DNA of 64,000 nucleotides from Dehalococcoidia bacterium (GCA_963667105.2 CAXXCN010000003.1:747334-811333), one strand, 5' to 3'. Shown: positions 44,780-53,720, numbered from the stretch's first letter. Program-made: numbers and translations. The notes: generated from the sequence alone by a model not told the origin.

Positions 44780-45550
44780 ATGGGACAGGAGCGCTCAATC
44801 GGGTTCGTGTGGCCCGGACCGCCGGTGCCCGGCGACGCGGAAGAGATCGCCCGCTTCATTCCCGACGGCGTTGACTGGCACATTGTCGGTACCCGTCCGG
44901 ACTTTGAGCCGAACGACCGCCCGGCCATCACTCGTGAGCGGCTATACGCCATGGCCGAGAACCCCAACATCGAGGCCGCCGCCGCGACGCTGCCTGCCCT
45001 CGCGGTGCAGGCCATCGGCTACGGATGCACGTCCGCCAGCTACGTGCGTGGGGTCGGAGGCGATAAAGACATCTCCGCCCGCATCACCCGCGCTGTCGGA
45101 CTCCCCTCCACAACCACTTCAACCACGGCAGTCGAGGCGCTCGAACTGCTTGGCGTTGGTCGCGTGGCCGTGCTCTCCCCGCACGTAGACGATCTCAATG
45201 AACGGCTCCGTGCGTTCCTGGAAGGACACGGCCTGAACATCGTGTATCTTCGCGGCCTCAACAAGCTCAGAGGTATCGAGCACATCCCGCAAGAGGAAAT
45301 CTACGAACTGGTCGTCCAACTGGTGGACCGCCCGGAAGCGGACGGCATCTTCATCAGCTGCACCGGCATGAGGTCCTCGAACATCCTCTCCCGTCTCGAG
45401 GACGCAATCGGCAAACCTGTCGTCTCAGCTCTGCAGGCCACGGTCTGGGGTACCCTTCGTCTTGCCGGCGCCCCCACAGAACTCCCCGGACGCGGTTCGC
45501 TCTTTCACGCTCCGGCAGCCGCTCCCGCCCCTTCGCGATCTCTGCGGTGA
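44780..45550 (+). CDS. Asp/Glu racemase-superfamily protein (maleate isomerase / arylmalonate decarboxylase-like)
   Basis: Two catalytic-cysteine contexts, YGCTSASY and FISCTGMRS, at the expected spacing. Confidence 0.72.
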   Translation: MGQERSIGFVWPGPPVPGDAEEIARFIPDGVDWHIVGTRPDFEPNDRPAITRERLYAMAENPNIEAAAATLPALAVQAIGYGCTSASYVRGVGGDKDISARITRAVGLPSTTTSTTAVEALELLGVGRVAVLSPHVDDLNERLRAFLEGHGLNIVYLRGLNKLRGIEHIPQEEIYELVVQLVDRPEADGIFISCTGMRSSNILSRLEDAIGKPVVSALQATVWGTLRLAGAPTELPGRGSLFHAPAAAPAPSRSLR

Positions 45551-45637
45551 AACCTCCTTCCCCGTTGCCCCCACCTAGCGGATTAGTCATAATGCCCCCA
45601 TTCCTCCAATCGGCACCATCGGAAAGAGAGGCGCACC

Positions 45638-46447
45638 ATGGGCGAGCTTGACGGCAAGGTAGCGATAGTCACCGGAGCGGGGCGCAGGCGGAGCATCGGC
45701 AACTCCACGGCTCACGCCCTCGCCGAGTTGGGGGCCGATCTCGTCCTGACCGGCACGGGCCGCGACCCCTCCACGTTCCCGCCCGACGAGCAGGAGATCG
45801 GCTGGCGCGACATCGAGAGCACCGCCGACGAGGTGCGCGCCCTGGGCCGACGCGCTCTCACCGTCGTCGGCGACGTGACCGACGAAGCCGACGTTGACGC
45901 CATGGTCGAGCGCGCACTTGAGAAGTTCGGGCGCATCGATATTCTCGTCAACAACGCCGCCTACCGCTACGGCCCCGACCGCGTGCCTCTCGTAGAGGTC
46001 GATCCCGACATATTCCAGAAGGTGATAGACGTCAAGGTGCGTGGCACCTACCTGTGCAGCAAGGCCGTTGCGAAGGTGATGATCGAGCAAGGGCAGGGAG
46101 GCAAGATCGTGACCATTGCGTCCGCCGCCGGTAAGCGGGCCTCCGCTGCCACCTTGGCCTACAACGCCGCTAACTTCGCGCAGGTCGGCATGACCCAGTC
46201 GATGGCCCTCGACCTCGGCCCGCACGGCATCAACGTCAACGCCGTCTGCCCCGGCCTCGTCGACACCTCACGGCTCGACCCGCTCGGAAGAGGCGAAGTC
46301 TGGCAGGAAAGAGCGAGTCTGGCCCCGATTGGCAGGGCCGGCACTCCCCAGGAGGTCGCGGGACTCATCGCCTTCCTCTGCACCGAGGCAGCGTCATGGA
46401 TCCACGGCCAGGCCATCAACATCGGCGGCGGCACGGTCATGGACTAG
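45638..46447 (+). CDS. Short-chain dehydrogenase/reductase (SDR) family protein
   Basis: VTGAGRRRSIG Rossmann variant and NNAA motif. The active-site region reads YNAAN rather than YxxxK. Confidence 0.78.
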   Translation: MGELDGKVAIVTGAGRRRSIGNSTAHALAELGADLVLTGTGRDPSTFPPDEQEIGWRDIESTADEVRALGRRALTVVGDVTDEADVDAMVERALEKFGRIDILVNNAAYRYGPDRVPLVEVDPDIFQKVIDVKVRGTYLCSKAVAKVMIEQGQGGKIVTIASAAGKRASAATLAYNAANFAQVGMTQSMALDLGPHGINVNAVCPGLVDTSRLDPLGRGEVWQERASLAPIGRAGTPQEVAGLIAFLCTEAASWIHGQAINIGGGTVMD

Positions 46448-46456
46448 GACTTTGAA

Positions 46457-46915
46457 CTACCTGCCCTCGTGGGACAGTATCGACCCTTCCCATTCACCTA
46501 CTTTAGTAGGGTCGAGCCGGGTTATCCCCGGCAAGCGGTCGAAGTCGGTGTCCGCCGAGACGATGCGGTCGATTCCGATGCGGCTCATCACTGCCGCGTG
46601 GACGAGGTCCCGCGCGCTTATGCTCTGATGCCGGTCGGCCATGCTCGCCGCCTCGACGATGTCTTCCACGTGGACGGGTTCGACCCGGTCGAGCATGACC
46701 TCGGCAAAGCCCCTGACGACCTCTTTCCCCAGTGCCCACCGCCGTATGGCGAGGTAGCGGTGCAAGAGTTCTTGGAGCACCTCGGCGTCGGTCACGAACG
46801 CCAGCGGACGCTCCGCGGCCATCATGAGGATACGCGCGCACGGCTCTTTGTTGGGATGCTCCCTGCCGGATGCGTAGATCGGGACGTTGGCGTCAAGAAA
46901 GACCGCCGGGCTCAT
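46457..46915 (-). CDS. vapC: PIN-domain ribonuclease toxin
   Basis: VFLDANVPIY ... VTDAEVLQE ... DLVHAAVM ... SADTDFD acidic PIN residues. ATG at 46915. Confidence 0.8.
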   Translation of the reverse strand: MSPAVFLDANVPIYASGREHPNKEPCARILMMAAERPLAFVTDAEVLQELLHRYLAIRRWALGKEVVRGFAEVMLDRVEPVHVEDIVEAASMADRHQSISARDLVHAAVMSRIGIDRIVSADTDFDRLPGITRLDPTKVGEWEGSILSHEGR

Positions 46916-47141
46916 GGGCGGCCTCCAACTCACGCGAGAGCGTGTCGGCATCCGGCGGGTCCTCTACGCCCAGGCCGATCATTCGCGCGGCGGCGCGGCG
47001 GCGGCGTTCCTGCATGATGCCCTCGTAGGCGTCGTCGATCAGGGCCCGCACGACTTCGGAGATGGGCGCACCCCTCTCCTGGCCGAGTTCTTCCAACCGT
47101 CGGCGCTGCTCGGCGTCCATCCGTACGTCCAGCCGTGGCAT
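46893..47141 (-). CDS. vapB: Ribbon-helix-helix (CopG-like) antitoxin
   Basis: MPRLDVRMDAEQRRRLEELGQERGAPISEVVRALID is RHH-like. AGGAGGGGG RBS before the ATG at 47141. It overlaps the vapC start. Confidence 0.7.
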   Translation of the reverse strand: MPRLDVRMDAEQRRRLEELGQERGAPISEVVRALIDDAYEGIMQERRRRAAARMIGLGVEDPPDADTLSRELEAAHEPGGLS

Positions 47142-47243
47142 GTCCCCCTCCTCTTGTCCGTGCATTCATGTACGGTGAAAAGTGTACAACATTATCCCTC
47201 CGTCGTCAACCCCCATGCGAGATCAGAGTTCCCACACACGCCT

Positions 47244-48173
47244 CTACAGCCTCGTCGAGACGGTGGGCTGGTCCTTGCAGACCCTCATGACGTACGGACC
47301 GACGGTCCTCACCTCGAACGCTCGACAGAACCAGATCTTGCCGTCCTCCATCGCCGCGCGGACGGTCTCGGCGGCCTCCGGCGACACCCACTCCGTCCAC
47401 ATTTCCTCGTGGCGCTTGAACACGTTATGCCCGACAACGGCGGCGGTCACGGCAATTCTGCCGCTCTTGATCTTCTTCGACTCTGCGATCAGCAGTTCCC
47501 CGTCCCACGCATACCCTTCGAGGAATTGCCCGACCTCCGGCGCGCGCTTCCAGAGGGAGGCATTCACCGCGACGACGGTATCTGGACTCGCCGATGAGAG
47601 CGGTTTCAGCACGACGATGATTCCGGCGTCGGCGTACGGCTTCGCCCACTCGGGATCCGCCTCGAGGACGATGTCCACGTCGTTGTGCGGGAGCGCGTCC
47701 TTGTACCCTTCGGCATCCATGTCGATCAGGCGGGTAGGGTAGTCGAGACCGTGCGCGATGATGTACCCCGCAATGAAGTTGCTCAGTTTGACGCGATTTT
47801 CATCCCACTGTGCCAGCTTCACCAGCTCGTGCGTCGGCACCCCCTCGGTGCTCCGGTTGTAGTCCGCGGGCAGCGGAACCGGCGTGCGGGTAGGCTCGAT
47901 GGTGACTGCTCCGTCCCCTTGCCCGCCCTGTGTCGCCGTCGTCGATTCGGAGGCGGCATCGACCGGCACCGAGGTCGGAACCGGAACATACGTGGGAGTC
48001 GGCGTTGCTTCAGCCGCCGCCTGGACTTGCTCGGCCTCGGTCGGTGTCGGCGTCGGCGTCGCGCGGTCGCCCACGGCAAGAGGACTGTCTGTCGGCGCGC
48101 AGGCAGCAAGGACGAGGGCCACAAGGAGGAAAACAAGTGCCCCCAGCGTTCTATGCGACGGACGGACTGCCAT
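47244..48173 (-). CDS. Lipoprotein, probable glycine-betaine-type (OpuAC-like) substrate-binding protein
   Basis: Lipobox LVLAAC, a PT-rich linker, and an SBP-like core (GLDYPTRLIDMDAEGYKDALPHNDVDIVLEADPEW). No permease or ATPase gene is adjacent. Confidence 0.55.
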   Translation of the reverse strand: MAVRPSHRTLGALVFLLVALVLAACAPTDSPLAVGDRATPTPTPTEAEQVQAAAEATPTPTYVPVPTSVPVDAASESTTATQGGQGDGAVTIEPTRTPVPLPADYNRSTEGVPTHELVKLAQWDENRVKLSNFIAGYIIAHGLDYPTRLIDMDAEGYKDALPHNDVDIVLEADPEWAKPYADAGIIVVLKPLSSASPDTVVAVNASLWKRAPEVGQFLEGYAWDGELLIAESKKIKSGRIAVTAAVVGHNVFKRHEEMWTEWVSPEAAETVRAAMEDGKIWFCRAFEVRTVGPYVMRVCKDQPTVSTRL

Positions 48174-48367
48174 CGAGGACTCTCCGTAACGATCTGCTCG
48201 GCAGGACTGCGTCTCCGATGTGCGTCATAGTATTCCGTCCCCGCTCCCACTGCAAGCCGCCCACCTCCTCCCACTCCAATCCCTTGAGTGGAGAATGTGC
48301 CGTATGAAAGAATGGATATGCCCTCGCGAAACACGTGAGTACGGCTGTGGAAGGAACAGGAACGCGC

Positions 48368-48982
48368 ATGATACAACTCGACGAAAAAGGCCTCGTGTCC
48401 GCCATCGTGCAGGACGACGCCACGAACAGAGTGCTGATGCTCGGCTACATGAACCCGGAAGCGCTCGAACGCACTCTTGGCGGCGAGGACGTCTGGTTCT
48501 ACAGCCGCAGCCGCTCCGAGCTTTGGCTCAAGGGCGAGACGTCCGGCAACTTCCTCAAGGTCAAGTCCCTGCACCTAGACTGCGACGGCGACGCCATCCT
48601 CGTCAAGGCCGACCCGATAGGCCCCACCTGCCACACCGGCGAGGAGTCCTGTTTCTTCACGCCGTTAATGGAGATGGTGGAATTCACGACTCGCGACCGT
48701 GGGCCCGGAATTACGGACGAGCTCTTCGCGATCATTCAGTCCCGCAAGGAGGAGATGCCGGAGGGAAGCTACACGACCGCGCTCTTCGAGCAGGGCGCTC
48801 CCCGCATCGCCCAGAAGGTCATCGAGGAGGCGGGAGAGACGGCCATTGCCGGAGTCACCGGCGACCGCGACGCCCTGGCGTCCGAGGCCGCCGACATGAT
48901 CTATCACACCTTGGTGCTCTTGGCGGAGGAGGGAATCTCCCCCGAAGACGTGTGGGCGAAACTGCGAGAGCGGAGAAAGTAG
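48368..48982 (+). CDS. hisIE: Bifunctional phosphoribosyl-AMP cyclohydrolase / phosphoribosyl-ATP diphosphatase
   Basis: HisI signature (WFYSRSRSELWLKGETSGN...LDCDGDAILV..GPTCHTG) fused to a HisE helical domain. ATG at 48368. Confidence 0.9.
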   Translation: MIQLDEKGLVSAIVQDDATNRVLMLGYMNPEALERTLGGEDVWFYSRSRSELWLKGETSGNFLKVKSLHLDCDGDAILVKADPIGPTCHTGEESCFFTPLMEMVEFTTRDRGPGITDELFAIIQSRKEEMPEGSYTTALFEQGAPRIAQKVIEEAGETAIAGVTGDRDALASEAADMIYHTLVLLAEEGISPEDVWAKLRERRK

Positions 48983-49000
48983 ACGGGCCCGCTCGTTCGG

Positions 49001-50086
49001 ATGACAAAGACGATTTCGGCCAAGGACATCACGCTCAGCGTCGTCGACCAGTCCCCGATGCGGAAGGGGAGCACGGCGGCGGAGTCCCTGCGCGAGACGG
49101 TCGCCCTGGCCGTTGAGGCGGAGCGCTGCGGGTACAAGCGCTACTGGGTCGCCGAGCACCACAACTCCACGTCCTTCACAGGCAACTCGCCGGAGATACT
49201 CATCGGCCAGATCGCTGCCAGCACCTCAACCATTCGTGTCGGCAGTGGCGGCGTGATGCTCCCACACTACTCCGCCCTCAAGGTCGCCGAGCAGTTCCGC
49301 ACCCTCAATTCCTTCTATCCCGGCCGCATCGACCTCGGCATCGGACGCGCCCCCGGCAGCGACCAGCGCACCGCCCTGGCCCTGACCTATCCCCGTCCTC
49401 CTGCCGACGTGAACCGCTTCCCCCAGATGGTATCCGACCTGCTCGCCTTCCTCGAAGACGAGATAAGCGACGAGCATCCCTTCTCCGGCATCGTCGCGCA
49501 GGCGGGTCCCATGCCGGACGAGGTTCCCGACGTATGGCTGCTCGGATCGAGCGACTTCTCCGCGCGACTGGCCGGCCTGCTGGGCCTGCCCTTCGCCTTC
49601 GCCGACTTCTTTGGCACGACTGGCGAGTACGGCCCTGCCGTTGCCGAGCTCTACCGCGAGCAGTTCAAGCCTTCCAAGTACCTCAAGGAACCCAGGGTAA
49701 ACGTCACTGTGCAGGCCCTCTGCGCTCCTACCGACGAGGAGGCACAGTTCATCGCCTCCAGCCGCAACCTGAGCAAGGCGGGGCAACACCTGAACTTACA
49801 GGGAGGACTCCTCCCCCCGGAAGAGGCCTCAGTCTACCCCATAACCGAGATAGCGAGGCAGTACATCGAGAGCCTCAAGCCCGCCTACGTGGACGGAACC
49901 CCGGAGCGCGTCCGCGACCGCATCGTCAGCATCGCCTCCGACTACGGCACAACCGACGTCGGCATCGTCACGAACTGCTACAACTTCGAGCACCGCGTCC
50001 GCTCGTACCGCCTCATCGCGGAAGTATTCGAACCTCTTGCTAATAAGGAGGGAAAGGGTCCGAAGGAACAACGAACTGGAAAATGA
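49001..50086 (+). CDS. LLM-class (luciferase-like) flavin-dependent oxidoreductase
   Basis: YKRYWVAEHHN...GSGGVMLPHYSALKVAEQF...GRIDLGIGRAPG is typical of the MsnO8/YhbW-like LLM group. Confidence 0.85.
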   Translation: MTKTISAKDITLSVVDQSPMRKGSTAAESLRETVALAVEAERCGYKRYWVAEHHNSTSFTGNSPEILIGQIAASTSTIRVGSGGVMLPHYSALKVAEQFRTLNSFYPGRIDLGIGRAPGSDQRTALALTYPRPPADVNRFPQMVSDLLAFLEDEISDEHPFSGIVAQAGPMPDEVPDVWLLGSSDFSARLAGLLGLPFAFADFFGTTGEYGPAVAELYREQFKPSKYLKEPRVNVTVQALCAPTDEEAQFIASSRNLSKAGQHLNLQGGLLPPEEASVYPITEIARQYIESLKPAYVDGTPERVRDRIVSIASDYGTTDVGIVTNCYNFEHRVRSYRLIAEVFEPLANKEGKGPKEQRTGK

Positions 50087-50267
50087 CGAACAGCACTACT
50101 ACCAGCGCGACAACCGCGAGCACCGTCCACAGCCACCTCTTCGACCTGCCACCCACTGCCCGGACATGCCTCGCCCTCTCTTCCGCGCGCTCCAAGTCCT
50201 CCAACCGGTATTCGTACTTCTGCGCGCCCTCTTCGGCTCGCTGCCTCCCATCAGGTACGTACGCCAT
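50040..50267 (-). CDS. Small tail-anchored membrane protein, paralogue 1 of 3
   Basis: 75 aa. Charged helix (YRLEDLERAEERARHVRA) followed by one TM segment (WLWTVLAVVALVVVLFVIF). GGAGGTG RBS 6 nt before the ATG. Confidence 0.5.
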   Translation of the reverse strand: MAYVPDGRQRAEEGAQKYEYRLEDLERAEERARHVRAVGGRSKRWLWTVLAVVALVVVLFVIFQFVVPSDPFPPY

Positions 50268-50279
50268 GAGTCACACCTC

Positions 50280-50513
50280 CTACCGAGTTGGAAGCGCCGC
50301 TTCGGATGCTCCCGTCACCTGGTACAGGACGAACAGCCCCACCACTACCACCACGAGAAAGAGCGTCATCCACAGCCAGCGCCGCGACTTCCAGCCCGCC
50401 GCGCGGGCGTGCTGCGCACTCTCTTCCGCCCGCTCCAAGTCGTCCAGCCTGTGTCCGTGCCTCTGAGAGCCTTCCAGAATGAGTCTGTGCGGATCGTCAG
50501 CGATTGGGACCAT
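50280..50513 (-). CDS. Small tail-anchored membrane protein, paralogue 2 of 3
   Basis: 77 aa. HRLDDLERAEESAQHARA followed by WLWMTLFLVVVVVGLFVLY. It has the same GGAGGTG RBS arrangement. Confidence 0.5.
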   Translation of the reverse strand: MVPIADDPHRLILEGSQRHGHRLDDLERAEESAQHARAAGWKSRRWLWMTLFLVVVVVGLFVLYQVTGASEAALPTR

Positions 50514-50619
50514 TGCTGCACCTCCTACTGCCCATCCTAATCCAGGCCCCGACGTTTGTAATCACACGATCGTGTGATTTTTCCAGGAACTGCTCGCCAC
50601 TTGGCCTGGGCATCCCATC

Positions 50620-50829
50620 CTACGGCGTGATCCGGTAGAGGAAAATGACTCCCCCCACGGCGCCCGCGATCAAGATGAGTAGGAGTATCGCTGCCTTCCA
50701 GTTGATCGACTGACGTTCTACGTTTCGCGCATGTTCCGTGTTCTCGTGCGCGCGCTGCGCTTCGTCGAGAATATTTTCGTACTTGTGGGTACCTTCTACG
50801 AAACGCTGCTGGCCTAGCGGATCATGCAT
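50620..50829 (-). CDS. Small tail-anchored membrane protein, paralogue 3 of 3
   Basis: 69 aa counted from the ATG at 50829 (GGAGGA 6 nt upstream). NILDEAQRAHENTEHARN followed by WKAAILLLILIAGAVGGVIFLY. Confidence 0.5.
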   Translation of the reverse strand: MHDPLGQQRFVEGTHKYENILDEAQRAHENTEHARNVERQSINWKAAILLLILIAGAVGGVIFLYRITP

Positions 50830-50954
50830 GATCACTCCTCCTTTTCGCGTCCAAAGCGGGTATCTAAAGACGCCGCTTCCGTTCGCCCTGAGCAGCCCTA
50901 CGCCCCGGGCGCGGAACCGTGCCGGGCATCAGTAACTGCCTTGGAGACAACTTC

Positions 50955-50995
50955 TTTCCCCACTCTGCGCTCTCTGTGTTCTCTGCGGTGAATTT
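50955..50995. repeat. Short dispersed element (TCTGYGNTCTCYGTGYTCTCTGYGGTGAAT), copy 1
   Basis: About 30 nt, roughly 85 percent identical by eye to 63571-63600. Both copies sit just 3' of a minus-strand gene. Confidence 0.5.
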
Positions 50996-51005
50996 TCATC
51001 CCTGT

Positions 51006-51743
51006 CTAAGGGACGCTGCTCTCCACGCGCCGAATATCCCCCGCCTCCAACGCCTGCACCGCTTCGATCACTATCGTCGTCGCGTATTCGATACCCAAAT
51101 CGCTCGTATTGAGCACGAAGTGATACAGCTTCGGATCGTCGGGATCGTCGATGTCGAAGTACCGCTTGTAGTAGTAGGCGCGGGCCTGGTCGCGGGCGAT
51201 GATAGTCCGCTCGGCCTCGTCTCGCTCCAGACGGTCCACGTCCATCACCCTCGCGACCCTGTCCTCCCAGTCTGCCACGGTGCCGACACGCAGCGCGGTC
51301 GGCTGGTCCTTCAGGATGACCGGGCTGCCCCGTCCCACGATCACGACGTTCCCCGTCGCCGCGAGGTCGTTGATGACCTGTGCCAGAGCGTCGTGGTACT
51401 TCTCATCCTCGATCTCATGCCCTCTGGTGATCGTCGGCTGCGGGAGCTCTTCGAACTCTTCGGTCAAGAGCGACATCGTGCTCGGCCCGAAGTAAGGATC
51501 GCCCGCCGCTCCGCTGACTGCCGCCCGCTCGAGGATTCGTTGGAGCATCCCGGTGAAGCGCTCGCCGCGAGTCGGAGGGCGCTCCTCCCGCTCGTGCAGG
51601 GCCGCGACGGTCGCGCCCGCGTGACGCGCCGCGTCCGTGAGAATCAGCCGGTCGACGTAGTCCGCGCCCAAGCGCCGCGCGATGCCCGGTCCCAGCCTGC
51701 GCGCGCCCCCGCCGGTGAGTCCGCTGAGAGTCACGATAGACAT
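51006..51743 (-). CDS. Cytidylate-kinase-like family protein
   Basis: The N-terminus MSIVTLSGLTGGGARRLGPGIARRLGADYVDRLIL and the overall length match the cytidylate-kinase-like AAA family. Confidence 0.68.
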   Translation of the reverse strand: MSIVTLSGLTGGGARRLGPGIARRLGADYVDRLILTDAARHAGATVAALHEREERPPTRGERFTGMLQRILERAAVSGAAGDPYFGPSTMSLLTEEFEELPQPTITRGHEIEDEKYHDALAQVINDLAATGNVVIVGRGSPVILKDQPTALRVGTVADWEDRVARVMDVDRLERDEAERTIIARDQARAYYYKRYFDIDDPDDPKLYHFVLNTSDLGIEYATTIVIEAVQALEAGDIRRVESSVP

Positions 51744-51922
51744 AAATCACCTCTCGAAACGGCAGAACGCCCCGTCGATGGTGCCCCTATGGTATCAAAA
51801 AGGGAAGGGTGTCGCTGTGACGACACTGACCTCAAGCAGGACACAAAAGGAAGAACCATCCTCAAGGCTCGCTGACAAGCCCATCTTGGATGGTTCTCCA
51901 ACGATGCGTGTTTAGCCCGAAA

Positions 51923-51949
51923 GGACAGAACCGCACATCTCCGACTAAG
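51923..51949. repeat. Inverted partial copy of the D/anticodon-arm region of the adjacent tRNA-like gene
   Basis: GGACAGA(ACC)GCACATCTCCGACTAAG on the plus strand is the reverse complement of 52024-52047. Confidence 0.7.
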
Positions 51950-51989
51950 CTACATCCTACTTTACGGGAGCGCGTCTGTCAAACTCGAG

Positions 51990-52064
51990 CGCCCCGGACG
52001 GGACTTGAACCCGCAACCTACATCTTAGTCGGAGATGTGCTCTGTCCAATTGAGCTACCGGGGC
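51990..52064 (-). tRNA. tRNA-like gene with a non-canonical anticodon loop (CCGACUA); formally anticodon GAC (Val) if the loop is read conventionally
   Basis: Cloverleaf: acceptor GCCCCGG/CCGGGGC, D arm GCTC..GAGC, anticodon stem CATCT/AGATG, T arm GCGGG-TTCAAGT-CCCGT. The loop has C at position 33 and U at position 37, both atypical. Confidence 0.6.
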
Positions 52065-52130
52065 GAACCCCATTGTAGCAGGTTCGGTGGGTGGTATTGG
52101 ACACTGCACATTACATTGCGGGGGAAGGCC

Positions 52131-53678
52131 CTACCGACCCACCGCCCACACCCGCCGACCGGCTCCCAGGAAGGCCAGACCCGCGACGACCGCCACGCCG
52201 GTCAGGTCCAGCACACCGCCCGACTGGGCCGGCGCGAAGCACCCGGAGCCCGGCGCGGGAGCGAGCTCCTCGTCAGCTTTCTCTGGCTCCGATGCAGGCG
52301 CCATCGCAACGGCCTCCGGAGTAGGCTCAGGTGTCGGCGTCGGTTCAGCCTCAGGCGTCGCCGTAGGCTCATCGGCCTGTCCGCTCCCGACCGTCTGCGT
52401 TCCCGCCTGAGGGGTCAGGCTGTACAGTCCCAACGTGCGCTGCGGCACCGGCGTGGGCCTCACCCGTTCGTTCGACGGCGGCTCGTACGGCATTGCGCCG
52501 ATCTCCTCGCGCCACATATTCGTAATCGCAATCCTGTCCCCGCCATAGGCCCTGGTAAACGCCCTGTCGAGGCTGTTTCCTCGCCTGAGATACGACATGA
52601 ACTCGGTCAGCTTCTCGCGCCCGAACGTTCGGAACAGCCACCGGACGATGCTCCTTGCCTGCCCGTAGAAGATGATGATGTCCTCTCCCTTGCTCGGCTG
52701 GCCGCGCATGAACATGATCGGCAGCACCCGGTCGTTCTGCACCGCGAACTCCAGCGCGAGGTCGTAGCCGACGGTCGCGTGCAGGTTCCCGAACTCGGCG
52801 AGTCCCTCGTTCAGCCACGACGGCATGTTCTGCGCCCTTGGATTGAACGTGGCGCGGTGAATGATGATGTGCGTGATCTCGTGCGAGGTCGTGCCGAGCG
52901 CGTCGCGTCCGCCCGCCTCGATCATCACCAGCCCTTCCTGCGTATGCGCCTGCCCGTCCACGATGACGCCGTGTCCTATCGCTCCGTAGCGAGGCGGATA
53001 GGCGTCCACAAGCTCCGCCGCGTTGTTGTACATGCTGATGCGAATCGGGTCCTCGTGCACCGCTCCGAAGATGGGACTGATGAGGTCAATCGTCCGCTTG
53101 GCGGTGTCCAGCACGTCGCGCGCCCGCTTCTCGACCGGGCCGTGATACGCCACCGTCACGAGGCCGTCCGTCACTTCCTTCCACTCGTAGCGCACGTCGG
53201 TGTAGACGAACTGCTCCGGCTCCGTCTTGTACTGGTTGCCGTCAACGTCCTCGACGTCGAAGTTGTACGTGATGATGGTGCCCGGCGGGATGTAGTTGCT
53301 CGTCGAGTTCGTCCACCGGAAGAGCTCGGCCCTCACCGACTTGCTGGGAGTCAGTTCGAGCGTCCTCCCCCGTCCTCCCGACGCCTCGCCGCCCTCGTCG
53401 CCCATGTACTCGTACACTTCCCGCGTGCGCTGGCCGATCCTCATGCGCACCGCTATCTGCTTGATGTCGCTGCCTCCCTCGGCGGCGACCTTGATGCGGT
53501 AGCCCTCGGGGAACTCGCTTACGATGCTGGACTCCGTCACCTTGATGGACGAAGCGGCGTCCTGCGCCGCAACCGTCCGGTTCGACAGCGTGAAGACTCC
53601 CGCGACGAGGAGAAGCAGGGCCAATAGCAGTGCGGCTTTCTTCGCAAGTGCAGACGGCATGGCGGATTGTGTGCCCAT
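52131..53678 (-). CDS. Secreted zinc metallopeptidase (MA-clan, HEXXH) with a C-terminal hydrophobic anchor
   Basis: Signal peptide, HEITH with downstream NEGLAEF (third ligand), a PT/PE-rich linker, and a terminal GSGCFAPA...VAVVAGLAFLGAGRR segment. Confidence 0.7.
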   Translation of the reverse strand: MGTQSAMPSALAKKAALLLALLLLVAGVFTLSNRTVAAQDAASSIKVTESSIVSEFPEGYRIKVAAEGGSDIKQIAVRMRIGQRTREVYEYMGDEGGEASGGRGRTLELTPSKSVRAELFRWTNSTSNYIPPGTIITYNFDVEDVDGNQYKTEPEQFVYTDVRYEWKEVTDGLVTVAYHGPVEKRARDVLDTAKRTIDLISPIFGAVHEDPIRISMYNNAAELVDAYPPRYGAIGHGVIVDGQAHTQEGLVMIEAGGRDALGTTSHEITHIIIHRATFNPRAQNMPSWLNEGLAEFGNLHATVGYDLALEFAVQNDRVLPIMFMRGQPSKGEDIIIFYGQARSIVRWLFRTFGREKLTEFMSYLRRGNSLDRAFTRAYGGDRIAITNMWREEIGAMPYEPPSNERVRPTPVPQRTLGLYSLTPQAGTQTVGSGQADEPTATPEAEPTPTPEPTPEAVAMAPASEPEKADEELAPAPGSGCFAPAQSGGVLDLTGVAVVAGLAFLGAGRRVWAVGR

Positions 53679-53720
53679 ATCCCTCTAAACGTTCGTTGCG
53701 CCGTCGGGTTATCTCTTATT

